IMG/VR virus record: IMGVR_UViG_3300030385_000908
Span: 1 to 25,294 of that record
From: a virus
Taxonomy: Duplodnaviria > Caudoviricetes
Length of the DNA stretch: 25,294 nucleotides
Reading direction: 5' to 3' (one strand)
Position numbers and translations under genes: made by a program
Part shown: positions 1-6,855 of the stretch, in pieces
How the letters are laid out: every line of letters begins with the position of its first letter
How positions within the stretch are numbered: the stretch's first letter is position 1
The notes under the pieces: generated by a model
Told to the model about the DNA's origin: nothing
The model's database searches: none
What the model saw: only the letters and a program-made list of their open reading frames with translations

Positions 1-48
1 ATTTGTAGAAAATATGATTTTAAGATGTAGACAGCCCCTCCCATATTA

Positions 49-426
49 TTATTTTATTATTATTTTTTTTTTTTTATTGGCAGGGGGGGTCTGTAGCTTT
101 CTATCATAATCCTTAATGCCTCTCCTATACTCTACTGATTCCTGTGCAGACTTCTTAGCATGGCAACTATTGCATAAGGTCTGCAAATTATTTTCATTAA
201 CTTTATGACCTCCCAATGTAACGGGTTTAATATGGTCAACACAGGCTCCACCTTTTGTAATACCTTTACGTTTACACATCTCACATAACGGATTTTGTTT
301 AATATACCAATTCCTTAATGCTCTCCATTGCTTTGATTGATAAAACGCACTATTGTCTATCTGTCCATATACTTTCCTCTTCTTTGGAATCCATGGTCTG
401 TTTTTCCCTTTTGGTAAATTTGGCAT
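49..426 (-). CDS. Terminase-associated HNH endonuclease (HK97 gp74-like)
   Basis: FYQSKQWRALR, PLCEMC, VDHIKP and NLQTLCNSCHAKKS motifs; last gene before the presumed cos end. Confidence 0.9.
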   Translation of the reverse strand: MPNLPKGKNRPWIPKKRKVYGQIDNSAFYQSKQWRALRNWYIKQNPLCEMCKRKGITKGGACVDHIKPVTLGGHKVNENNLQTLCNSCHAKKSAQESVEYRRGIKDYDRKLQTPPANKKKKIIIK

Positions 427-429
427 TGT

Positions 430-585
430 CTAAAGTATGTTGATTAATTTCTTACTATCTTTTACTTCCTCCTCAGTTACCAATTCTATTAAAGCAAAAG
501 CCTCCTCCTTTGTTAATGCTTTATGTATAGAGTAGGCATTCCATAATTTAATTTTTAATTCCCTTGTGTTGATGTTTGTTTTCAT
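430..585 (-). CDS. Hypothetical 51-aa protein (not in ORF track)
   Basis: Manual translation MKTNINTRELKIKLWNAYSIHKALTKEEAFALIELVTEEEVKDSKKLINIL; fills the gap between 588..794 and the HNH gene. Confidence 0.7.
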   Translation of the reverse strand: MKTNINTRELKIKLWNAYSIHKALTKEEAFALIELVTEEEVKDSKKLINIL

Positions 586-587
586 CT

Positions 588-794
588 CTATTGTTTTAGT
601 TCTTTAATTCTTTGGTCTATATCTGAAATAAGTATAGTAAATCTACTTAACACCGCCTCTTCTTTTAACTCCTCCAACTCCTTTATTACTTTTTGGTTAA
701 TCATATTTTCTATTAATTCAACAGTACTGTCCTTATCGCTGTCTATAATGTTTGTATCAGATGTTAACTGATATATTAATTTTTTTAATTTCAT
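588..794 (-). CDS. Hypothetical 68-aa helical protein ending IKELKQ
   Basis: ORF track; tight packing; C-terminus is encoded by the junction repeat. Confidence 0.75.
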   Translation of the reverse strand: MKLKKLIYQLTSDTNIIDSDKDSTVELIENMINQKVIKELEELKEEAVLSRFTILISDIDQRIKELKQ

Positions 795-819
795 AAAACT
801 TTATTATTTATTGTATTAG

Positions 820-903
820 TTAAATCCCTGAAACCAGCATAGCCCTTAGTGTGCAACCTTGTCTCCAGTAAATGCGCATCAACTCGTCTTTCATTCTTCC
901 CAT
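820..903 (-). CDS. Hypothetical 27-aa peptide (not in ORF track)
   Basis: Manual translation MGRMKDELMRIYWRQGCTLRAMLVSGI; bounded by two repeat copies. Confidence 0.5.
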   Translation of the reverse strand: MGRMKDELMRIYWRQGCTLRAMLVSGI

Positions 904-915
904 AATTTTATAGTT

Positions 916-996
916 TTAGTTAGTAATTTTGTCTTGTTGGACAATGTAGATAATCATAAGCATTATGATTGCAGGTACTGCGATTAGTGTTTCCAT
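916..996 (-). CDS. 26-aa single-TM peptide (not in ORF track)
   Basis: Manual translation METLIAVPAIIMLMIIYIVQQDKITN; hydrophobic stretch; bounded by repeat copies. Confidence 0.6.
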   Translation of the reverse strand: METLIAVPAIIMLMIIYIVQQDKITN

Positions 997-1001
997 TTAG
1001 T

Positions 1002-1199
1002 TTATTGTTTTAGTTCTTTAATTATTTCATCAAGTTGCTTTTTTACTTCAACTAATGTATGTCCTAACTCTATGTCTTGTGGGTCTTGTCTGTCATTATC
1101 TTCAAACTTAGTTAGATTAACAAATATTTTATGCTTTGTGTTTATAAGTTCGTTATCCACCAAACCCTTAATGTAATAAATTCTATCTTCTGCTTTCAT
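1002..1199 (-). CDS. Hypothetical 65-aa protein ending IKELKQ
   Basis: ORF track; flanked by exact repeat copies. Confidence 0.75.
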   Translation of the reverse strand: MKAEDRIYYIKGLVDNELINTKHKIFVNLTKFEDNDRQDPQDIELGHTLVEVKKQLDEIIKELKQ

Positions 1200-1215
1200 A
1201 TCTTATTGTTTTAGT

Positions 1216-1479
1216 TTATAATAATTCTCTTGCCTTATCAATTAACTCATCCTCATCATCTTTGTTTTGCATATTAATTAAATCTGTAAACACCCCAACT
1301 AAATATTGTTTATCCTTTCCTGTTGCAATGCTATGACCTAACACGCTCAACAACAGCATGTTTTCAATATATTCAGTTGAATATGTGTGATAGTGTGTGT
1401 TTGCCACTTCTCTTAGGTTTTCTATTGCATCAGCTATTATTAATGATGATGCTGCTTTTATGAATAATTTATCTGGCAT
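1216..1479 (-). CDS. Hypothetical protein
   Basis: 87-aa ORF whose start overlaps the end of the upstream gene. Confidence 0.7.
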   Translation of the reverse strand: MPDKLFIKAASSLIIADAIENLREVANTHYHTYSTEYIENMLLLSVLGHSIATGKDKQYLVGVFTDLINMQNKDDEDELIDKARELL

Positions 1480-1810
1480 TCAATTCAGTTATTAAAAAAT
1501 AATATTCAGTATCTACTTCTAATATGTATTCCATGTTTCTTGGGTAATCCATTAATCTTTCTCTTTCTATTCCTTCCCACATTGTATGGCATCCCTTTCT
1601 GTTTGCCGTATCTAAACAATGATATGTTATGTTTCTTTTATCTGTTGTTAAATCTGCTCTCCTACTTCTTGGGATTAAATGGCTATGACTTAACGGAACA
1701 TCACTCCTGCCACATCCTGAGCAATAATGCCCCCGTTCATTTGCCAACTCATTGTAAACCTTTTTTAATTCCCTATTAACTACTAATTGTTTTTTGCTTC
1801 TTTGTTTCAT
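1469..1810 (-). CDS. HNH-type zinc-binding nuclease (Nin-region-like)
   Basis: CSGC...SHSHLIP...NITYHC...CH pattern; next to VRR-NUC. Confidence 0.65.
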   Translation of the reverse strand: MKQRSKKQLVVNRELKKVYNELANERGHYCSGCGRSDVPLSHSHLIPRSRRADLTTDKRNITYHCLDTANRKGCHTMWEGIERERLMDYPRNMEYILEVDTEYYFLITELNAR

Positions 1811-1811
1811 T

Positions 1812-2198
1812 TTACCTCATCCACAATTCAATCCTTGCATCATTATCAACTATTGTTTTATCCCATTTCATATACTCATCTATTACAGATAATGTTTCAT
1901 CTAACCCCTTGCAGATTCTTGCATAATATCCTTTTAATGTTAAATCATTAATCCACTTCTTTTGGGCTTGTGTTGCTATTCCTTTCTCAGTTTTTAATTC
2001 AATGAACAATCCAAACTTTCCCCCACGTGCTTCTGTAATTTGCAAATCTGGGAATCCTCTACTGTAGCCTGTTCGTTTTGCTTTTGCTGCCTGTCTTGGT
2101 CCTGTGTAGATTCCTCCCAAACTTGCACAATATCTTACATTTGGATATTGCAATTTAATATATTTAATCACCTGGCTTTGTAAATAATCCTCACTCAT
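1812..2198 (-). CDS. VRR-NUC domain nuclease (putative Holliday junction resolvase)
   Basis: SEDYLQ, GFPDL, LFIELK and QKKW...GY motifs; start reassigned to ATG 2198, overlapping the upstream gene end. Confidence 0.85.
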   Translation of the reverse strand: MSEDYLQSQVIKYIKLQYPNVRYCASLGGIYTGPRQAAKAKRTGYSRGFPDLQITEARGGKFGLFIELKTEKGIATQAQKKWINDLTLKGYYARICKGLDETLSVIDEYMKWDKTIVDNDARIELWMR

Positions 2199-2574
2199 TT
2201 GATGGTAAATTAATTCCAAGAGTATCACTACTCCAATATAAAACATCATTCATTAACTTACTAAACTCTTTAACTGTTAGTGTGGTTGTGCTTTTTACTA
2301 TTACTTCCTCATCCCCATTATCATCCACAATATTTCTTGCTAAAAATTTATATTTTATAAGCTCATGCATTTCCTCTTTTGTAAATCCAGTTTCGTTACT
2401 CATAATATTTATCCATTGCCAATACAAACTATTCTGTTCTCTTGACCTATTATTACTTCTTACTCTTATTCTTATTTCAACTTCATTGCCTTCAAATATA
2501 TGCAATTGGTCTTTAAAAATCCTCTCATTATTCAGGATTAATTTCCCCCTGTTTACTGTTCCAAATACCCTCAT
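2191..2574 (-). CDS. NinB/YbcN-like recombination protein
   Basis: RSREQNSLYW, MHELIK, STTTLTVKEFS and LGINLP motifs typical of the NinB family; start set at ATG 2574. Confidence 0.7.
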   Translation of the reverse strand: MRVFGTVNRGKLILNNERIFKDQLHIFEGNEVEIRIRVRSNNRSREQNSLYWQWINIMSNETGFTKEEMHELIKYKFLARNIVDDNGDEEVIVKSTTTLTVKEFSKLMNDVLYWSSDTLGINLPSNE

Positions 2575-2668
2575 GTATTCCAATAAATATTATCCACATC
2601 AAAAATAATACCAGTATCGGTAATGCTATTGTTGTGATGATTAATTTTAAAAATTCTTTAATTACCAT
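2528..2668 (-). CDS. 46-aa single-TM protein (not in ORF track)
   Basis: Manual translation MVIKEFLKLIITTIALPILVLFLMWIIFIGIHEGIWNSKQGKINPE. Confidence 0.6.
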   Translation of the reverse strand: MVIKEFLKLIITTIALPILVLFLMWIIFIGIHEGIWNSKQGEINPE

Positions 2669-2867
2669 GCTTCTCTTTTTTTAATATCTCAATAATTTGT
2701 TCATCATTATAAACTGGTCGGCTACCTTTATACGCTATTGGATTGAATAGGTTTTTTATTTCTTTTATTCTATCATTTTTATCATAATAGATAACCCAAC
2801 CTCTTGTAACCCCACTACTATCCACACAATTTAAAGTTTTTTTAATTGCGTTAATTGTACTCATCAT
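2658..2867 (-). CDS. Hypothetical protein
   Basis: Track ORF 2658..2906; start more likely at MMSTINAIKK because of the overlapping upstream gene. Confidence 0.65.
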   Translation of the reverse strand: MMSTINAIKKTLNCVDSSGVTRGWVIYYDKNDRIKEIKNLFNPIAYKGSRPVYNDEQIIEILKKEKHGN

Positions 2868-3003
2868 CCTCATATTTATTGGTAAACCAATCTCTAAACA
2901 ATTCATTTGCCTTTGTAGCCTTATAATACCCAGCCGCCCATCCTATTATGTAGGCCAGCATGATTATTGGTATTATTATTATCAGTGTCATTATTATTGT
3001 CAT
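2851..3003 (-). CDS. 50-aa single-TM protein with acidic tail (not in ORF track)
   Basis: Manual translation MTIIMTLIIIIPIIMLAYIIGWAAGYYKATKANELFRDWFTNKYEDDEYN; ATGA overlap with the upstream gene. Confidence 0.65.
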   Translation of the reverse strand: MTIIMTLIIIIPIIMLAYIIGWAAGYYKATKANELFRDWFTNKYEDDEYN

Positions 3004-3182
3004 TGTGATGTGCAAATACATTCATCCTTATTCTCAACACATATCACACAAATATCACAATAGGAACAGAACTCAAATCCATTTTCATCCTTTTGTATTT
3101 CATGCTGACAATCCTCACATAAATCCTGCTCATCTTTGCAGTTTATGGGATTATTATTATCTAATGCTATATGTGTATCCAT
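3000..3182 (-). CDS. Small Cys-rich, probably zinc-binding protein
   Basis: CEDC, CSYC, CVIC and CIC motifs in 60 aa; TAATG coupling with the upstream gene. Confidence 0.7.
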   Translation of the reverse strand: MDTHIALDNNNPINCKDEQDLCEDCQHEIQKDENGFEFCSYCDICVICVENKDECICTSQ

Positions 3183-3280
3183 TAATCAATGTTTAAATCA
3201 TCATCAATTGGCTCTGTAAAATATGCCTCAATAAATAAGTAACCAATTAGCAATGCGTAAAGTAAGTAAAAATATTTCAT
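3182..3280 (-). CDS. 32-aa single-TM peptide (not in ORF track)
   Basis: Manual translation MKYFYLLYALLIGYLFIEAYFTEPIDDDLNID; its stop overlaps the next start. Confidence 0.6.
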   Translation of the reverse strand: MKYFYLLYALLIGYLFIEAYFTEPIDDDLNID

Positions 3281-3304
3281 AATTTTAATTTTGTTTTTAT
3301 GTTA

Positions 3305-3706
3305 TTAACTTTTGTTTGTTAGTAATGTTTTATTATAATGTGTTAATTGTGTCGGCTGCTCTTTCATTATTTCTTTTATATGGGGCTGGATGCAATGCAT
3401 ATTTCCCAATTCAAAATTATGCCATCCCTCCCAAATCTCAGCTTTCATTTTGTTTAACCACTTACACCATGTTGCTGGGCTTATTACAAATCTTTCAGTA
3501 TCTCTTACTCCATTTTCAAAGGCTAATTTAACCGCTGTAAATGGTATGAATGAATATCTATTAATTAAATCTCTTGCAAGTGTTTTGGCTAACATAACTT
3601 TATTCTCAACATCATTATCTTTTTGCCCTAAATCAATATATGTTTGTGTTAATACATCAATGCACATACTTTCTAATTCGTTTTTATTTATTTGTTTAAT
3701 TTCCAT
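3305..3706 (-). CDS. Hypothetical protein, possible helicase loader by position
   Basis: 133 aa directly downstream of the initiator (lambda P position); function inferred from synteny only. Confidence 0.45.
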   Translation of the reverse strand: MEIKQINKNELESMCIDVLTQTYIDLGQKDNDVENKVMLAKTLARDLINRYSFIPFTAVKLAFENGVRDTERFVISPATWCKWLNKMKAEIWEGWHNFELGNMHCIQPHIKEIMKEQPTQLTHYNKTLLTNKS

Positions 3707-4340
3707 CTTGCATTTTCTTTAATAATTCTTTAGCTTGGGTGTGGCTGTTTAATCTTTGCATCACTTTGGATTCCATTTGTCCCTTTCCTTTTCTCATGTT
3801 TTCCCAATTCCTAACTGCTGCTTTCCAATTTTTCATTTTATTTTTTCCAACTTTCCATCCATTGCTTTCATAGTAATCGTAAAATTTTTCTGGATTAATT
3901 AAACTGCCTCTTTCATTAATATAATTTTTTATTTCAATAATTTTAGGTTTTTTAAAACGTACCCCCTTAGTGTTCTTATTAGTTGTATTATTAGTTATTG
4001 TATTATTATCTTTATCATTTTTTAAATACCCTTTTACGCAGTTATTAACTACCCCCTTTAATTTATTAACTACCTTTATTTTTCTACTCTTAATCATTTT
4101 ACCCTCCCTTTCAAATACTATTAATATCAATCCCTTTTCTTGGAGCTTACTTATGATTTGGCTGCATCTACCTTTTGAGATATTAAAAAATTCAGCAAAG
4201 TATTTATTTGATGCAAAACATCCATGCTTATTATCTAATGAATCAATCTCCACTAAAAATATCTTTTCAATTAATTTTAATTCTTTGTTTAACCAAATCT
4301 CCTTTGGAATCCATATACCTTTAAAATCTCTCTCTTTCAT
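3696..4340 (-). CDS. Phage replication initiator / replisome organizer
   Basis: N-terminal FKGIWIPKEIW and ASNKYFAEFF winged HTH; N/T-rich linker; C-terminal FKKP...FYDYYESNGW...WKAAVRNWE domain. Confidence 0.85.
   Translation of the reverse strand: MKERDFKGIWIPKEIWLNKELKLIEKIFLVEIDSLDNKHGCFASNKYFAEFFNISKGRCSQIISKLQEKGLILIVFEREGKMIKSRKIKVVNKLKGVVNNCVKGYLKNDKDNNTITNNTTNKNTKGVRFKKPKIIEIKNYINERGSLINPEKFYDYYESNGWKVGKNKMKNWKAAVRNWENMRKGKGQMESKVMQRLNSHTQAKELLKKMQDGN
3976..4074. other. Putative replication origin inside the initiator gene
   Basis: TTATTAACTACC repeated at 4042-4053 and 4063-4074 (21-bp period) beside an AT-rich TTATTAGTT-repeat tract; lambda O-like arrangement. Confidence 0.55.
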
Positions 4341-4712
4341 CTATTCAAATAATGTTGTTTGTCCACTACCTCCAAAAAGAATAGTCTGTTGTTCTAATGC
4401 ATTTAACACCCCCACCTGTGCTTTAATCCTTTGCTTTAAACTAATAATATAGTCCTGCATTTCATAGATATTAGTAGCTACAAAATAGCCGTTTGATGTT
4501 GAGCATAATGCTGGTAAAAGGTTTTTAATCCTTATATGATTTATTATTTTTCTTAGTCTTGGTCCAGTAATATTTATAGCCTTACAAATTTTAGTGCTTG
4601 TGATAGCCATATCTTTGCCCTGCTTAGTTATTAAACCTTTTACAACAACAGGTACTAAAGACAACTCATCATTGCTTAAATCGGCTGTAATGGTTTCGAA
4701 TCCTTTAATCAT
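4341..4712 (-). CDS. Winged helix-turn-helix DNA-binding protein
   Basis: ITSTKIC...RLRKIINHIR...STSNGYF pattern followed by a coiled coil. Confidence 0.65.
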   Translation of the reverse strand: MIKGFETITADLSNDELSLVPVVVKGLITKQGKDMAITSTKICKAINITGPRLRKIINHIRIKNLLPALCSTSNGYFVATNIYEMQDYIISLKQRIKAQVGVLNALEQQTILFGGSGQTTLFE

Positions 4713-5103
4713 TTTTGGTTGTTTTTAAATATGTATTTATTTCCGCCTGTAATTCTATCACCCTTTGTTGTTTGTCTTTTATCACTTCATTAAAAACATC
4801 AAACTCCCTCATCCTTAATAAAAATTCTTTATATTCTTCAGCAACATTTGGTTCTTGTACTAAAAAAAACTCCATCTTATTACAATGGTGGATGCTTGTT
4901 GCATGGCATAGCCCTTTTACATATTGTTTCATATGAATATGTTTTATTCTTATGTATTTATTAAGATAAAATATAAACATTCTCCTGGCCTCCATTATGT
5001 GGCGTTTTCTTGAGCCTATTGTTCTCAGTTGTGTTTCAGGAATATCATACATTTCCGCTAAAATTGTTGTTGCTGTATCAATCATTCTTTCTTTATAATT
5101 CAT
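4705..5103 (-). CDS. DnaA domain IV-like DNA-binding protein with coiled-coil tail
   Basis: SRKRHIMEARRMFIFYL...CHATSIH resembles the DnaA C-terminal signature; start at ATG 5103 overlaps the upstream stop. Confidence 0.65.
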   Translation of the reverse strand: MNYKERMIDTATTILAEMYDIPETQLRTIGSRKRHIMEARRMFIFYLNKYIRIKHIHMKQYVKGLCHATSIHHCNKMEFFLVQEPNVAEEYKEFLLRMREFDVFNEVIKDKQQRVIELQAEINTYLKTTKND

Positions 5104-5831
5104 ATTTCTATTGTTATTATGTTTGGTTTTTCTGTTCTTTTGTCGCACAAAATGGTGCATTTTCTACAAATTGCGTAGTTTTTAATCGGTTTTGCTTCAA
5201 ATCCCTCTAAATCCTGTGTAAATGTTTCCACTAACATTTTGTAATCATCCATTGCTGATGCTGTAATATCTATACTTATAAATTTTACCCATCCACTCTT
5301 GCCAAATACCAAATAAAAAAATGGTACATACTCTCCACTAAGCTGATAATACATTTCTACATAATGCAATGCCTGTCTGAAGTCTTTATATTGTAAATCA
5401 CTCCAAGCATAAGGATTCCATTTACAACTTTCATCCTCTCTTACGCCTGTATATTTTAAATCCATTATTGCCCTGTTGCCTTTATAGTTAATTAATGCAT
5501 CAGGATGCCCAATTAACATATCTGTTTCCCATTCAGGTTGAACGTCTAATAATTCAATCTCCAAATCCAACATTGTTTTCTTGGCAAATTCACTTAATTT
5601 AATTAAATCCATTTCCCTTTTTGAGGGGTTGCCGTTTTTTAATTTAGGTAGGTGATAAATTTCCCCACCTCTACTTCCGCCAATTGTTAATTCCTCAAAT
5701 ATCAACCCATCTAACATGGCTGCTGATGGTCTGTTTCTATAGCCGTTTACATACATCTCCTCCCATTTGATTTTACAAACCTCATCATTGTAAAAATCTT
5801 TTATTGCTGACTGGCTAATTTTGAAACTCAT
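5100..5831 (-). CDS. PD-(D/E)XK exonuclease (Cas4/AddB-like, possible Fe-S cluster)
   Basis: GHPDAL, MDLKYT and QALHY motifs; one N-terminal Cys plus C-terminal CRKCTILC. Confidence 0.75.
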   Translation of the reverse strand: MSFKISQSAIKDFYNDEVCKIKWEEMYVNGYRNRPSAAMLDGLIFEELTIGGSRGGEIYHLPKLKNGNPSKREMDLIKLSEFAKKTMLDLEIELLDVQPEWETDMLIGHPDALINYKGNRAIMDLKYTGVREDESCKWNPYAWSDLQYKDFRQALHYVEMYYQLSGEYVPFFYLVFGKSGWVKFISIDITASAMDDYKMLVETFTQDLEGFEAKPIKNYAICRKCTILCDKRTEKPNIITIEI

Positions 5832-6232
5832 TTTAATTTATTAAGTGTTTCGTTTGGTTGGTTTTCCAATTCATCCTCACCCATTATGTTTGTCCATTGC
5901 ATAGTTTTTATTATACATCTTGCCAAACTTCTTTTTTCTGCCATCTCAACTAAAAAGTGTTGCCTGCAATTATTCTTGGACGCACTTCCAAATGTTTCAA
6001 TGATAGGAACAAACTCATCAGCATTTGAATCAAACCTCATACTGACCGCTTTGATGACTACATTTTCTAAATCACAAACAATAACTTCAAAGGCTACTTT
6101 TATATTATTTTGATTTTGTATTTTTTCAATTCCGCTTCTTGTTATAATTACAAATCCCCTTTTATCCTTATAAACATCAGATGGTGTTAAGTTGTGTAAT
6201 TTGTAAAATTTTGTTAATTCTTGTTTATCCAT
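5828..6232 (-). CDS. Putative Rad52/Sak-like single-strand annealing protein
   Basis: ITRSGIEKI, ETFGSAS and EMAEKRSLARCI motifs; coupled to the exonuclease gene. Confidence 0.5.
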   Translation of the reverse strand: MDKQELTKFYKLHNLTPSDVYKDKRGFVIITRSGIEKIQNQNNIKVAFEVIVCDLENVVIKAVSMRFDSNADEFVPIIETFGSASKNNCRQHFLVEMAEKRSLARCIIKTMQWTNIMGEDELENQPNETLNKLK

Positions 6233-6375
6233 AATATTAATCTTTGTTTAATTGTTAATTTTTGTTGTTTGTATTTATATTCTTTGCCTAAATTTTGCCC
6301 TATAAATATTACTAATTCTGATGGTGTTAAGTTTCTTAATACAACATCCCCAAATCTATTAATTACTTTCCACAT
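6214..6375 (-). CDS. Hypothetical protein (53 aa)
   Basis: Track ORF trimmed to ATG 6375 (MWKVINRFG), which follows the upstream stop. Confidence 0.6.
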   Translation of the reverse strand: MWKVINRFGDVVLRNLTPSELVIFIGQNLGKEYKYKQQKLTIKQRLILWINKN

Positions 6376-6376
6376 A

Positions 6377-6490
6377 TTATCCTGTAATAAATTGAGCAAA
6401 CACTTCACCTAACTTAATGATTGCAAGTAAGATATATAATGCTACAAAAATTCCTATAACTCCTAACGTGTTTTCAAATATTTTCTTCAT
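6377..6490 (-). CDS. 37-aa single-TM peptide (not in ORF track)
   Basis: Manual translation MKKIFENTLGVIGIFVALYILLAIIKLGEVFAQFITG. Confidence 0.65.
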   Translation of the reverse strand: MKKIFENTLGVIGIFVALYILLAIIKLGEVFAQFITG

Positions 6491-6494
6491 CTTA

Positions 6495-6680
6495 TTATTT
6501 ATGTAAAATACTATTAGTGTCTGATTTTGTATATCCTTTAGCATCATACAACTTGTCCATTAACTTAGCTGCTAAACTTTCAGGGTTATCTTCTAATTTC
6601 TTATAATCAAATCTTGAGTACAATCCATCAATTAATAAATTTACTTCTTTGTTTGTTAGTTTTAGTTCTGTTGTTTCCAT
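6495..6680 (-). CDS. Hypothetical protein, first gene of the early operon
   Basis: 61-aa ORF about 30 nt downstream of a TAnnTTTG box; A-rich leader. Confidence 0.75.
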   Translation of the reverse strand: METTELKLTNKEVNLLIDGLYSRFDYKKLEDNPESLAAKLMDKLYDAKGYTKSDTNSILHK

Positions 6681-6709
6681 TTTTAAATATGTATTGATTA
6701 ATTATGGTA

Positions 6710-6717
6710 CAAACATA
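6710..6717 (-). promoter_or_regulatory. Bacteroidota-type -7 promoter box (early promoter)
   Basis: Minus-strand TATGTTTG matches TAnnTTTG; lies in the intergenic gap after a terminator; -33 element imperfect (TATG 19 nt upstream). Confidence 0.7.
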
Positions 6718-6782
6718 CACCTTTTTAACAATTGTACATAAGTTAAATTCAAAAGATATTAACAAAAGTGGGTTAATAATAG

Positions 6783-6806
6783 AAAAACCCCTACAAAATA
6801 GGGGCT
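6783..6806 (-). terminator. Rho-independent terminator ending the late region
   Basis: Minus strand AGCCCCTA-TTTTG-TAGGGGTT followed by further T residues. Confidence 0.8.
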
Positions 6807-6842
6807 AATCTTTACGACAAAACAAGTATATTACGAAAATAT
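6783..6842 (-). ncRNA. Candidate ~60-nt small RNA
   Basis: Lies between a promoter-like GTATAATTGC box (6846-6855) and the terminator; no credible coding gene; inference only. Confidence 0.35.
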
Positions 6843-6845
6843 GCT

Positions 6846-6855
6846 GCAATTATAC
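6846..6855 (-). promoter_or_regulatory. Promoter-like box GTATAATTGC (copy 1)
   Basis: One mismatch from TAnnTTTG; an identical 10-mer lies upstream of the portal gene (22636-22645). Confidence 0.45.

Larger units (their letters stand above)
589..1216 (-). repeat. Five copies of a 13-bp direct repeat AACTAAAACAATA at gene junctions
   Basis: Plus-strand TATTGTTTTAGTT at 589-601, 1003-1015 and 1204-1216; one-mismatch copies at 809-821 and 909-921; 21-bp exact match between 589-609 and 1003-1023. Confidence 0.9.

Noticed and set aside
63-89. T13 and G7 homopolymers at the HNH 3' end as phase-variation sites
   Set aside because: They lie beyond the catalytic domain in a low-complexity tail near the sequence end; slippage would change only the last few residues.
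589-1216. CRISPR or integron interpretation of the 13-bp repeat array
   Set aside because: Repeats are too short and non-palindromic, spacing is irregular (94-220 bp), the intervals are ORFs, and there is no cas1 or integrase.
2590-2598. Perfect DnaA box TTATCCACA
   Set aside because: Single copy inside a coding region; one hit is plausible by chance in 25 kb of AT-rich DNA.
6180-6333. 14-bp repeat GATGGTGTTAAGTT (6180-6193 and 6320-6333) encoding NLTPS in adjacent genes
   Set aside because: Only two copies, both intragenic, with no further structure; probably chance or an old micro-duplication.
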